Source of the DNA: Bdellovibrionales bacterium
Lineage (GTDB): Bacteria; Bdellovibrionota; Bdellovibrionia; Bdellovibrionales; UBA1609
Assembly: GCA_027317865.1 (NCBI GenBank)
Contig: DAHVQG010000007.1
Location: 102,282-166,281, forward strand
Reading direction: 5' to 3'
DNA: 64,000 bases
Of the stretch, positions 47,567 through 57,257 are shown one piece after another. The translations under genes were made by a program, and so were the position numbers. Each line of letters starts with the position of its first letter. Within the stretch, counting starts at the first letter, position 1. Below the pieces are notes generated by a model. That model did no database searches and was not told the DNA's origin. It saw nothing but the letters and a program-made list of their open reading frames with translations.

Positions 47567-48963
47567 GAGTCGCGAAATCTATTTTTCAAGTAGCAGTGCT
47601 CGTTCTTGCTGTTACCATGGTGGGATGCTCAACATTTGAAACGAAGTCCATTGTTTTGCCGCCTCATCGTAACGTGACATTGAAAAATGGTCTTCAAGTG
47701 CTTAAAGTTCAGGATCATTCCTTACCCTACGTAAGCATTGGCCTTCTTGTGCGCAGCGGATCAACCAATGATCCCATATCAAAATCAGGTTTAGCCAATC
47801 TAACGGCTACTCTTTTGAACCAAGGTGCGGGCAAATACACGGCGCTTGAATTAGCCAATCAATTCGCTCTTCTTGGCACCAATTTTTCAAGTGAGACGGG
47901 CCACGATTTTATGTACTTTTCAAGTTCGGCGTTGGCAAAAGACCAAGATCGGCTCCTTCACCTTTTTTTCGAAACTGTTACACAACCGCGGTTTGATGAA
48001 AAAGATTTTAACTTGCAACGATACGAAACAATGGCCCAGATTCGACGTAACTATGATCAACCCGCCTGGGTGGCGTCGCGGATTTTTGCGCAGTATTTGT
48101 ACGGCGCGCATCCCTACGCGCGAGCCAACATCGGTACGCTTCACGATGTCAGCAGTATTCGCCGGCAAGATGTCGTGCGCTTTTATAAAGCAAATTTCGT
48201 TCCCAACAATTGCGATTTGGTCCTTGTCGGGGACTGGCACGCAGGGTTGACGAAGAATCTCAACAAAATGCTTGCCGGGTGGCACCCGAAGAAAGTCGCG
48301 GTTCGTTCGATGCCACCGCTGATGCCCATTAAGGGCCAACAAATTTTATTTGTTCAGCGTAGTGGTCTCAAACAAACCGAAATACGAATCGGACATTACG
48401 GAATTCGCCGGAACAACCCCGATTATCAGGCCCTTATGGTGGCGGATGTGATTCTTAGCGGCGGATTTAATAGCCGCTTGACGCGTGCGATTCGAGTTAA
48501 AGCGGGATTAACTTACGGCATTTACGCTTCGTTCGATGCGCTTAAAAACGTGGGGCCGTTCGTGATTGAAACCAATACGCGTAACCCCAAAGCGGGTGAA
48601 GTCGTAGCCGATACACTTCAGGTACTTAAAACCTTTCGTGATAAAGGGGTGACATCTCACGAAGTTGCCGATGCAAAAAGCTATTTGCGGGGGAGCTTTC
48701 CGATGGAGACCCAAACTCCCGATGAGTTAGCAAGCGAATTGCTTGCGCTGAAATTTTACGGTATCGGTGATTCGTATTTGACCGACTACGTTCAAAACCT
48801 CAACAAGCTTTCGACAAGCGATATAAATCGCGTAATTAAAAAATATTTTCACCCCAATAATATTCGCATTGTGGTCTACGGTCCGCCCTCTGATCTTGCG
48901 GAACTTCGTCCGCTCGGCGCCGTGGAGGTGAAACCGTTTAGCGAACTTGCTGTCGGCCTTTAG
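47563..48963 (+). CDS. M16 peptidase, non-catalytic partner subunit (lipoprotein)
   Basis: Lipobox MVGC, M16 fold motifs without HxxEH (GLANLTATLL), SRL..AIRVKAGLTY; ATGA overlap. Confidence 0.9.
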   Translation: MRVAKSIFQVAVLVLAVTMVGCSTFETKSIVLPPHRNVTLKNGLQVLKVQDHSLPYVSIGLLVRSGSTNDPISKSGLANLTATLLNQGAGKYTALELANQFALLGTNFSSETGHDFMYFSSSALAKDQDRLLHLFFETVTQPRFDEKDFNLQRYETMAQIRRNYDQPAWVASRIFAQYLYGAHPYARANIGTLHDVSSIRRQDVVRFYKANFVPNNCDLVLVGDWHAGLTKNLNKMLAGWHPKKVAVRSMPPLMPIKGQQILFVQRSGLKQTEIRIGHYGIRRNNPDYQALMVADVILSGGFNSRLTRAIRVKAGLTYGIYASFDALKNVGPFVIETNTRNPKAGEVVADTLQVLKTFRDKGVTSHEVADAKSYLRGSFPMETQTPDELASELLALKFYGIGDSYLTDYVQNLNKLSTSDINRVIKKYFHPNNIRIVVYGPPSDLAELRPLGAVEVKPFSELAVGL

Positions 48964-48991
48964 ACCCGGCCGACGGTTGCTTGTAAGCGTA

Positions 48992-49666
48992 TTATTTCAT
49001 AATTGCATAGATAAGTAAGAAAACAGCGGCGATTAAACCGATCGCCAAATAAAGTAACAAATGGCGCGAGCGCTGCTGTTGGATCACATTTTGCGCTGGC
49101 GATTGCGACGTCTGAGATAAATTCTGTTGTGAGGGTTGAGGTACTGCGGGTTGATTTTCTGGCAGCGCAATTTTTAACGATTCAATGGTAGGTTTTAAGG
49201 CATTTAACTCAGATGGATAAAGCGCGTCGCTTACGGTAACTGAAATCAGTACCGCATAGGGGCCGGCAACCGTAACTAAATAATCCGTGTAGAAACCGCG
49301 AATTTCAGAATTGTGATGAAGAGCTTCGAGCCATGTTTGTCCGTTGAGTTGAATTTCATGGATGAATTTCAATTGCGACATGATGGTGCCGTTACCGGTT
49401 TTTACCGGACGAGGTACGCCGAGTTGCTTTTTATAGAATTCAATCGAATCGTCGGCCGTTTTCATTTTATAAGTCACAACCAGCGCAATGGATGACCGCT
49501 CCGCTTCGTTCACGCAAACATCACTTGATTTCTCAAGAGTACATTCCCAGTTCGGCGGGAGCATGAAACTCACTGGCCCGTAAGTTTCGGCTTGCGCGCG
49601 GCTTGAAATTAAGCCGATCGTAAAAATAAAAAAAAGACCAAAAACTATTTTCGTTTCTTTTGCCAT
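48992..49666 (-). CDS. Hypothetical exported, C-terminally anchored protein (paralog of the upstream gene)
   Basis: Signal peptide, SFMLPPNWEC...C, NGQTWLEALH..SEI..FYT.YL.T, Gln/Pro linker, C-terminal TM. Confidence 0.75.
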   Translation of the reverse strand: MAKETKIVFGLFFIFTIGLISSRAQAETYGPVSFMLPPNWECTLEKSSDVCVNEAERSSIALVVTYKMKTADDSIEFYKKQLGVPRPVKTGNGTIMSQLKFIHEIQLNGQTWLEALHHNSEIRGFYTDYLVTVAGPYAVLISVTVSDALYPSELNALKPTIESLKIALPENQPAVPQPSQQNLSQTSQSPAQNVIQQQRSRHLLLYLAIGLIAAVFLLIYAIMK

Positions 49667-50388
49667 AAATAAATGCCGGCCGCCGCTAAAATCAGAGCGA
49701 GCCCGAAAAGTATTGTCGCCAAGTTTTTGTGGCCGCCGCCAGCCGCTGGTACTGGAGGTACATTCGTTGGCCCGGTAAACGGCTCGGGTGTAATCGGAGC
49801 GCCAATGGCTTCGTTTCCGCTGGGAGCGATCATCTGTGGCGCATTAGAGAGTATGTTTTTCGCCGCGACAACGCGCAAACTGCCGATCGCATTGATGAAA
49901 TCGGCGCTGTATCTTGTGTAATCACTTTTATCCGCGGTGAACGTGACGAGAATGGCGATATTATTTTTAGTGGTTGCCAAATAACGGGTATAGTAATTCC
50001 GGACTTCCGAACTGAGTTGCATGCTGTCGATCCACGGCTGACCGTTGATCATTCGTTGTTGAACCTCTAGTACGCTCGATGTCGTCGTACCGCCACCTAT
50101 ATTAGGCATTGTTTTTGAGACGCTGAGGTGCTCTTGGTAATTTTGTAACGTGTCTCCGGGGCCTGCTTCTTTCGCGGTAAACACAATAATCGCTTGCTTT
50201 GCAGCGGTCGAATATTTGTTTGTGCATGTCCAATCGGTTGAATAGGGTTTGCACTTCCATGCCGGCGGCAACTGAAAACTTATATAAGAATTACGAAATA
50301 ACCGCGCATAGGCCAGGCTCGGAAAGACTGTTAGAATCACGGTCGCGAGTATTTTGAATCGCCAAGACCGCCAACGCTGCCAAAACAT
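49645..50388 (-). CDS. Hypothetical exported, C-terminally anchored protein
   Basis: Signal peptide, SFQLPPAWKC...C, NGQPWIDSMQ..SEV..YYT.YL.T, Pro-rich linker, TM and KKRK tail. Confidence 0.78.
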   Translation of the reverse strand: MFWQRWRSWRFKILATVILTVFPSLAYARLFRNSYISFQLPPAWKCKPYSTDWTCTNKYSTAAKQAIIVFTAKEAGPGDTLQNYQEHLSVSKTMPNIGGGTTTSSVLEVQQRMINGQPWIDSMQLSSEVRNYYTRYLATTKNNIAILVTFTADKSDYTRYSADFINAIGSLRVVAAKNILSNAPQMIAPSGNEAIGAPITPEPFTGPTNVPPVPAAGGGHKNLATILFGLALILAAAGIYLWQKKRK

Positions 50389-50460
50389 AATAGATCCTCG
50401 CTGTCTTTCTTATTATCAGACAGGTTGTCTTTCGTCGAAAGCTGTTTTTGAATGCGTACT

Positions 50461-52275
50461 CTACAGAGGTCGAGTCAAAATCACGGAATGGCTCGGACCG
50501 TTCAAATTGCGCGCATATTTGACCGCGGCCTGCGCATTTAACACGCGTCCAGATTTAATTCGGTTTTTAAGCGCGGCTGAGGGTTCACCCGTTTCAAGTA
50601 GAATTTGTTTCACTTCGGTGTCGGTGAGATGGCGATCTTCACTCCATACTTGCGCGGCGACGCCTGCTACAAGCGGTGAGGCCATCGAGGTTCCGGCCAT
50701 TTTGGCGTAGAGTTCGTGTCGTGGATTTTCTTTGTAAGCGGATATTATGGGCCGTTTGGTTGTGCCTCCAGGAGCCGCAATATCAACCGTTTCTGGGCCG
50801 TAATTCGAATAAGAAGTTAAGGCCCCGTAGTAGTTAGAAGCGGCAACCGAAATAATGTTAGGAAAGTGCCGATAACTTGCCGGGTATTGAGGAATAACGT
50901 CATTGTTAGTTGAAGAATTGCCGGCTGAAACCGTCAGCAAAACATCTTTTTGCTCGGTGTATTTCAAAACCCTTCGCATAACCGGGTAATCGTTGGGCCA
51001 ACCCATTGAAAGATTGATAATCTTTGCGCCTTGGTCAACCGCGTAGTAGATGGCGCCTGCGACGGTGGCAATGTCGAAGCCACTGGCGAAAATCGTTACC
51101 TTGAGCGGCATAATTTTAGCGCCACGAGCGGCGCCAAAAATTGAACTGGCCGCAATGCCGGCAACGTGGCTACCGTGGCCATAATCATCGTACGGATATG
51201 GATTATTTTGTGCAAAATTGTACCCCACAACGTCGTCGACAAATCCATCGCCGTCGTCGTCGATACCATTGTTCGGAATCTCACCGCGGTTGATCCATAT
51301 GTTCGGTGACAACGCCGGATGATTATAATTCACTCCTGAATCGATAATCGCGATCGTAATACCTTTACCGGTCGATAACTTCCACGCTTTCGTGGCACCA
51401 ATTCGAAACAGATTCAGAAAACGGTTTGGGGTTACAAACGTCGATGACAACGAAGCGGGGAATGCCGGACCCGGTTCAAACGGAACTTTTGCCGACACAA
51501 AGAAATGAGAATACAACGGCTGACAGTATCCGTTCGAATCTTTCACGATCAGCGTAAAACGGTGAAGTCCAGTCGTATCAGGTGTGTACCGAATGGTTGC
51601 GGAACGACTATACTGCGGTTGTAAAAGCGAGTCTTGCGGTGCGGTTACAATCCAAAGATACGACAGCTTACCGTCATTTGTAGGCGCTTGGGAATTGCTT
51701 GCGTCTAAATTAATACTATTGCCTAAATTAAAGTAGAACCATGTCTGCTGGAGATTTGTCCCTTGGTTGCTCATTAAATGAATGACGGGGCTGACGTTTG
51801 ACGGCCCTAACCGGCACGAATTAACAAAGTTCAGGTCTGCGCCGGTCAGAAACACTTTTTGGTATTGGTCGACGTTAAAAACAAGCGGATTATCAACTAC
51901 TGAAAAAGGCGCGGTGTTTGAATAATCATCAATAACTTTGGATTTCTTTATGAGCGGAACGTACGAGTTCTTTTCAATAAGTACGTTTTGCCCGCGAAGC
52001 TCGCGGCGTACAGTAGCGAGCGATTGGCCGAATAACTCGTATAAGCCGTGTTTCGGATTTACAATGCGAACACTAAGATCTCGGTATTGCCCGATTAACT
52101 GCTCAAGTGTCGCGGTTGATAGGCCCAGTACGATAACGCCTGTTTCATTTTGACTTGCCGGTGCGCGAGTTACTCGTTGCCTGGGCGGGACATACGGGAT
52201 GATTGGACTCTTGGGCGCGCATGCGGCCAAACCCATTGCCGCAAAAACGACGCTCGCTAGAATTGATATTTTCAC
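50461..52275 (-). CDS. Subtilisin-like S8 serine peptidase lipoprotein with a PKD/Ig-like insert
   Basis: Lipobox LAAC; IAIIDSGV, HGSHVAG, SAGN, GTSMASP; GTG 52275 with SD GGGGAG chosen as start. Confidence 0.92.
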   Translation of the reverse strand: MKISILASVVFAAMGLAACAPKSPIIPYVPPRQRVTRAPASQNETGVIVLGLSTATLEQLIGQYRDLSVRIVNPKHGLYELFGQSLATVRRELRGQNVLIEKNSYVPLIKKSKVIDDYSNTAPFSVVDNPLVFNVDQYQKVFLTGADLNFVNSCRLGPSNVSPVIHLMSNQGTNLQQTWFYFNLGNSINLDASNSQAPTNDGKLSYLWIVTAPQDSLLQPQYSRSATIRYTPDTTGLHRFTLIVKDSNGYCQPLYSHFFVSAKVPFEPGPAFPASLSSTFVTPNRFLNLFRIGATKAWKLSTGKGITIAIIDSGVNYNHPALSPNIWINRGEIPNNGIDDDGDGFVDDVVGYNFAQNNPYPYDDYGHGSHVAGIAASSIFGAARGAKIMPLKVTIFASGFDIATVAGAIYYAVDQGAKIINLSMGWPNDYPVMRRVLKYTEQKDVLLTVSAGNSSTNNDVIPQYPASYRHFPNIISVAASNYYGALTSYSNYGPETVDIAAPGGTTKRPIISAYKENPRHELYAKMAGTSMASPLVAGVAAQVWSEDRHLTDTEVKQILLETGEPSAALKNRIKSGRVLNAQAAVKYARNLNGPSHSVILTRPL

Positions 52276-52551
52276 CGATCTCCCCCCGAAGACACCGACC
52301 ACACTCGGCCCCAAGAAAAATATTTTCAAGCAAAGAGAATATTTTCATACGGATAACAGCGCTTTATGATTTTTTAAAAAATTAATAATTACAAATAGTT
52401 AAATCCGCGGACGGCAAACGGGCTCGAGCTTAAAGTGAAAAATATATTTTTAATCTTACAAAATTTGTAAAGCCTTCCCATCGTAACGAAGTTCAACTGT
52501 AGAGCTATTACAAGAACTAATAGTGCATTTTACGTGCTGCATAAAATCTGA

Positions 52552-52568
52552 TATAAGCACGCCTTATA
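52552..52568. promoter_or_regulatory. LysR-type operator (T-N11-A palindrome)
   Basis: TATAAG-CACGC-CTTATA perfect dyad just upstream of the LysR SD. Confidence 0.55.
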
Positions 52569-52581
52569 GAAGGAGAAATTC

Positions 52582-53484
52582 ATGAACCTCCAACAGTTGT
52601 CGACTTTTTGCCGCGTCATCAGCGAAGGCAGCATGACGGCCGCCGCCGAAAAACTCAATCTAACGCAACCGGCGGTTAGCCAACAAATTCGAGCGCTTGA
52701 AGATGAACTGGAAGTACCGTTACTGGTGCGCGGAGTGCGACAAGTAAAACCATCTATTCAAGGGCAATTGTTGTACGATTATGCCAAGCGCATTTTGTTT
52801 CTCACGCAACAAGCCGAAGTTGCAATTCACACATTTTCGCAAGAGTTGGCGGGTGAAATTCGCATCGGGACGACAAGCGCTTTTGGTTTATACCTAGTAA
52901 GTCCTGTTGTTGGACTGTTTTTGAAGCATAACACGCGACTCAGTCTGAAGCTTGTGTATGGAACGGCTGAGCAAATTATCGCCGAAATGAAAAAAGCCAA
53001 TGTTGATATGGCCATTTTACCTGATTTGAAAAACGAATACGGAATCGAATTTGACCGGTACGAAGAGCGTTTTGTTTTACAAGACGAAGTATGGCTAGTC
53101 GCTTCTGGGAGGGATGCATCCGTTCCCGAAACGGCTCGTGTTACGGATTTGGTTTCGCGGCCTCTTGTTACGGATGCGGCAATGTATCCGCAATTTCGCC
53201 GCTTGCTAAGCCGCGTTCTTGATACACAAAAAGTGCAGCTTCGGCCGACTTTTGAGTCGGACAATGTTGGCACACTTAAACGCGTGGTTGAAGCGGGGGT
53301 GGGTTGGGGATTTTTACCGGCTCACAGTATTCGTAAACAAGTCAAAACCCGCCGATTGTTGCGAATACTTACAGACGAATTAAGGTACGCCGTTAACGTT
53401 AATCTGTATTCGCTCAAATCGCCGTCAATTCAACCGATGGCCGACACGTTTTATCGAGCGATTCAACAGCAAACTCTGTCATAA
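52582..53484 (+). CDS. LysR family transcriptional regulator
   Basis: SMTAAAEKLNLTQPAVSQQIRALEDELEVPLL HTH; C-terminal effector domain with V.AG.GW.FLP. Confidence 0.95.
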   Translation: MNLQQLSTFCRVISEGSMTAAAEKLNLTQPAVSQQIRALEDELEVPLLVRGVRQVKPSIQGQLLYDYAKRILFLTQQAEVAIHTFSQELAGEIRIGTTSAFGLYLVSPVVGLFLKHNTRLSLKLVYGTAEQIIAEMKKANVDMAILPDLKNEYGIEFDRYEERFVLQDEVWLVASGRDASVPETARVTDLVSRPLVTDAAMYPQFRRLLSRVLDTQKVQLRPTFESDNVGTLKRVVEAGVGWGFLPAHSIRKQVKTRRLLRILTDELRYAVNVNLYSLKSPSIQPMADTFYRAIQQQTLS

Positions 53485-54315
53485 CAAAGCATCGTAAGGC
53501 AAATTGAGCCGTGAACCGACGATGCGAACAATTTCGGCTGCGGTTTCTTCAAGCGCGCGATCAGTGATATTGAACACGGGCCAGCGGCGATTTTGCTTAA
53601 AAAGTGCGTTGGCGAAATCGATTTCTTTAAAAATATGTTCACGGCTGGCGTATTCGCTGCCGGGGTCTTGCCCGAATTTTTCAAGGCGTTTGCGGCGAAT
53701 CCTCAGTAACGTGTCGACGTCAATGATTAACCCCACCACTTTTCGTTGATCGACTTTGAACAGCTCCTCAGGGAGTGGCACATTCAAAACAACTGGAATA
53801 TTTGCAACCTTAAAACCTTTGTGACTTAAAAAAATTGAAAGCGGCGTTTTACTCGTCCTGCTGATTCCAACTAAAATGATATCGGCATCATTAAGTTCAG
53901 ACAATGTTTTACCGTCATCATGTTTGACCGTATATTCGATGGCGTCGATGCGCTTAAAATATTTTTCGTCGACAGATCTTAAAATACCGGCCTGCGGGTC
54001 TTGCGCACTTTGCCCAAAAAAACCTTCAAGGCCGATCAACAGTGGGCCAAGAAGATCGATTGCGACGACACCATTTTTTGCAGCTTCATTTGAAATATGA
54101 TGGCGCAGAAGACGACTTACAACGGTGAATACGATTAAACCTTTTTTTTCTGCCGCTTCAGCGATAATCGGGTCGACCTGCGAGTCGGTGCGAACATTTT
54201 TACATTTGACGATGTGAATGTCTTGGTGGGCGTATTGAATGATGCCGGCGCGAACCATTTGGCTCGCCGTTTCGCCCGTGCCATCCGAAATAATAAATAA
54301 GTTGTGGGAGTTCAT
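53479..54315 (-). CDS. ppsR: PEP synthase/pyruvate dikinase regulatory kinase-pyrophosphorylase (DUF299)
   Basis: ISDGTGETA, YFKRIDAIEYTVKHDDG, GISRTSKTPLS, RALEETA. Confidence 0.92.
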   Translation of the reverse strand: MNSHNLFIISDGTGETASQMVRAGIIQYAHQDIHIVKCKNVRTDSQVDPIIAEAAEKKGLIVFTVVSRLLRHHISNEAAKNGVVAIDLLGPLLIGLEGFFGQSAQDPQAGILRSVDEKYFKRIDAIEYTVKHDDGKTLSELNDADIILVGISRTSKTPLSIFLSHKGFKVANIPVVLNVPLPEELFKVDQRKVVGLIIDVDTLLRIRRKRLEKFGQDPGSEYASREHIFKEIDFANALFKQNRRWPVFNITDRALEETAAEIVRIVGSRLNLPYDALL

Positions 54316-54770
54316 AAGGGGACAAGCGATACTTCGTCCGTGGGCGCGTTTGGCCAGTACTTAGCAAAAAAATCGGGATCTATTTTTTGCGGTAAAAAAA
54401 CGCGCACATTCGGTTTGCCGAACTCCACCCAAACGGAGTGAGCCGCTTGCACCCAATTTTGCGGATTTGAAGGCGGCAATTCGACAACAATATTTGCCGG
54501 TAAGTGTTCATCGGCGATGACGGCCAACGGCGCAGGTAGGTTTGCCTGTCCGTTTACGGTAAATAAAGACTCCAGGTGATTTTTAGTGAGTATGTCTTTT
54601 AACGGCGCATCTAAAGTTCGCGACTGATGGGTACGCGCACGGGAAAGCTGAAAGTTGAGGTACCAGTCAATACGCCGAAGTAGCGGCGTTTCTGCAGTTG
54701 GTGAGGGAATAATCCACAGCGGTGAACCGGTGCTGAAGGCGTGGGCTCGATTTATTGTCGCGTGGGCCAT
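54312..54770 (-). CDS. Hypothetical protein (weak resemblance to stand-alone M17 peptidase N-terminal-like domains)
   Basis: 152-aa ORF in an operon between nusB and ppsR; RRIDWYLNFQLSR motif. Confidence 0.65.
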   Translation of the reverse strand: MAHATINRAHAFSTGSPLWIIPSPTAETPLLRRIDWYLNFQLSRARTHQSRTLDAPLKDILTKNHLESLFTVNGQANLPAPLAVIADEHLPANIVVELPPSNPQNWVQAAHSVWVEFGKPNVRVFLPQKIDPDFFAKYWPNAPTDEVSLVPL

Positions 54771-54802
54771 TAATTTCGCATCCTGTTTAATCGCAATCGA
54801 AT

Positions 54803-55228
54803 CTAGTCCCGAAGCGTTTTTTTGCGGACACTATCGAGAATACCGTTAATAAATGGAGCCGATTCCGTGCTTCCATATTTTTTTGCCAATTCAATCGCTT
54901 CGTCAATCACCACTTTATACGGAATGCTTTGAGATGAAAAGACCATCTCAAAGAGGCTTTGGCGCAAAATGCATAAATCAACGGGTGAAATACGCTCAAT
55001 CTTCCAGTTATGGCTCGATTCGCGAATTAATCGGTCGATTTCATCACGCTGCTTGTCCACGCCGGTTAGTAAAATATTGGCGTAATCCCAAGAATCTTTT
55101 GTTGCAGAGATGTAATTTTGAAAATATTCAAGGCTTGAGTGCACAGTCATCTCAGGCGTGAATTCGCGTTGAAACAATATTTGTAACGAAATTTCACGTG
55201 CCTTACGCCGCTCACCGCCGTCTTTCAT
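54803..55228 (-). CDS. nusB: Transcription antitermination factor NusB
   Basis: RRKAREISLQILF, NWKIERI..VD..ILR, VVIDEAIELAKKYG..ES..FINGILD. Confidence 0.96.
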   Translation of the reverse strand: MKDGGERRKAREISLQILFQREFTPEMTVHSSLEYFQNYISATKDSWDYANILLTGVDKQRDEIDRLIRESSHNWKIERISPVDLCILRQSLFEMVFSSQSIPYKVVIDEAIELAKKYGSTESAPFINGILDSVRKKTLRD

Positions 55229-55311
55229 GGTGATCTACTCCAAACATACGGTTAAATATTTTTCTTACGAGTTGAAACCTAAGTTTCTTTGCAGCACCGG
55301 TCAATTTTCGC

Positions 55312-55340
55312 TTGTCGATTTACTTGGCACGTTGCAATAT
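55312..55340 (+). promoter_or_regulatory. sigma70 promoter, likely leaderless transcript of the 55347 gene
   Basis: TTGTCG-17 nt-CAATAT, then 6 nt to ATG 55347; no SD. Confidence 0.45.
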
Positions 55341-55346
55341 CGGCTC

Positions 55347-56066
55347 ATGGCCCGTTTCTTCTTACTGTACATCAGTTTGCCGCTGGTTTTGTCTTTTTGC
55401 GGCCTTCGCCTATTGGCTCAATCGGTTAAATCAACCAATCTTAATCTCAATACTCAACCGGCTCGTTCTGTTCCTGTGGGAGTTGCGGCTGCAAGGTCGT
55501 ATTTTGTCGCTCGTAATGAGCACGAAGAAGAAATGCGCGAAGACGGTGACCGCGGCCCCGATTCGGTGGATTCAGAGAGTTCTGTTTCGAGCGGGAATCG
55601 CTATCTTATGCTTGGGATTGGCACATTTTTGAATGATGACGCCTACGAGTGGGGCGGTTCGCATAAAAAAAACGTCGGTTCGGGGATGCTTACGGTAACG
55701 TACCGAATCGGCGGATGGCCAAGTTCGATGGATCTGTGGTTTCGTGCCGAACTTCAATCGTACACAGTTAATGGCGATCATCCGGAACAATTTGAAATGA
55801 TGCCAATTATTGCATTCCCCGATGCCGAGAGCCGATTCCCGATGTATTTCGGCGGCGGAATCGGCCCGGGGGTATTTCTTCGGCAAGTTCAAGGCTCCGG
55901 CGATTTGGCGGCAAATTACGTTGTCATGATGGGCGTGCGTTTTCCGTATTTATTCAGCAATGGTGGACTTTATATGGAGACGGGATTTAAAGGGCTCATC
56001 AACCTTTTAAGTCAAGGCCAACAAGAAGGCGTTTATCTCAGTGCCGGCGGCGTCTTCGTATTTTAG
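55347..56066 (+). CDS. Putative outer-membrane beta-barrel protein
   Basis: Signal peptide, amphipathic strands (FPMYFGGGIGPGV), C-terminal GGVFVF; start moved to ATG 55347. Confidence 0.75.
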   Translation: MARFFLLYISLPLVLSFCGLRLLAQSVKSTNLNLNTQPARSVPVGVAAARSYFVARNEHEEEMREDGDRGPDSVDSESSVSSGNRYLMLGIGTFLNDDAYEWGGSHKKNVGSGMLTVTYRIGGWPSSMDLWFRAELQSYTVNGDHPEQFEMMPIIAFPDAESRFPMYFGGGIGPGVFLRQVQGSGDLAANYVVMMGVRFPYLFSNGGLYMETGFKGLINLLSQGQQEGVYLSAGGVFVF

Positions 56067-56107
56067 GCAAGTTCTTACAAATGTTTTCCAGCTAGGACAC
56101 GCCCGAT

Positions 56108-57253
56108 ATGCAACTCCCACGACCGATCGAAACGGCATGCATCGCAACATTAAAGTCTATATTTTCAGAATCGCAGCACGCCGACAAAGCGATTGAACAC
56201 GCGATGCGCACACATCGAAAATGGGGTGCGAGAGACCGACGCGTGTTTGCCGAAACCGTTTACGATATCGTGCGCTGGCGGCGACTTATTGAAACGCTCG
56301 CGCAAACTCGCGACGAGGCGGCGCTGATCTTGTTTTACGTCCGTGAAAAAGAACTGTTTCGCGAAAAAGTTGAAAATTTGCCGCTAGCAGTACGCGAGTC
56401 CGTGCCGGATTGGCTGGCCTCTCGATTGACTCAAGAGTTGGGTTTGAGTGGCGCTGCAGAAATGATGCGAGCGCTTAATAAGCCAGCGCCGCATTTTCTA
56501 AGAGTAAATGAGTTAAAAACCAGCGTCGAGAAAGCGCGCGAACTATTGTCGAAAGAAGGAGTTGAAACTCAGTTCGTCGACCAAGTGCCGAGCGCACTAC
56601 GTTTACTGAAGAGGCAAAATGTGTTTCGCACGACAGCGTTTCAAAACGGTTGGATAGAAATGCAAGACGCGGGCTCGCAAATGGTTGGGCCGTTTTTGAA
56701 TCCCGAGCCGGGTGAGTTTGTGATCGATGCCTGTGCCGGCGCTGGCGGTAAGTCTCTTCATTTGGCCTCTTTGATGAAAAATAAAGGAAGACTCCTCTGT
56801 CTTGACGTAAACGAGTGGAAGCTCGACGAGTTAAAAAAGCGGGCCCGCCGCGCGGGAGTGTCTAATATTGAGACACGCCTTATCGACTCGACCAAAGTTA
56901 TAAAGCGCCTTGAAGGCTCGGCCGATCGGGTGCTTCTCGATGTTCCGTGTTCGGGTCTCGGTGTGCTCCGAAGAAATCCTGATGCAAAATGGAAGCTCAA
57001 CGAAGTCGAGCTTAACCGGCTCGCCGAGATACAGACGGATGTGCTGCAAAGTTACAGCCGAATGGTTCGGCCCGGCGGCCACCTCGTTTATTCCACTTGC
57101 AGTGTTTTGCCGTCTGAAAACTGGTTGCGTGTCCAGGATTTTACAGACCGCGCGCAGGGTGAATTTAGGGTTGAAACCCAATGGCAAGTGTCTCCGATTG
57201 AGACGCAATTTGATGGATTTTTTGCATCTCGTATGGTTCGTGGTTTAAACTAA
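56108..57253 (+). CDS. RsmB/NOP2 family RNA m5C methyltransferase
   Basis: WGARDRR, LRVN.LK, EMQDAGSQ, DACAGAGGKSL, LLDVPCSGLG..RRNPD, YSTCS...EN. Confidence 0.93.
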   Translation: MQLPRPIETACIATLKSIFSESQHADKAIEHAMRTHRKWGARDRRVFAETVYDIVRWRRLIETLAQTRDEAALILFYVREKELFREKVENLPLAVRESVPDWLASRLTQELGLSGAAEMMRALNKPAPHFLRVNELKTSVEKARELLSKEGVETQFVDQVPSALRLLKRQNVFRTTAFQNGWIEMQDAGSQMVGPFLNPEPGEFVIDACAGAGGKSLHLASLMKNKGRLLCLDVNEWKLDELKKRARRAGVSNIETRLIDSTKVIKRLEGSADRVLLDVPCSGLGVLRRNPDAKWKLNEVELNRLAEIQTDVLQSYSRMVRPGGHLVYSTCSVLPSENWLRVQDFTDRAQGEFRVETQWQVSPIETQFDGFFASRMVRGLN

Positions 57254-57257
57254 TTTT

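Noticed and set aside
47563..48963. M16 subunit lacking HxxEH as a pseudogene
   Set aside because: A non-catalytic partner is the normal arrangement for heterodimeric M16B peptidases
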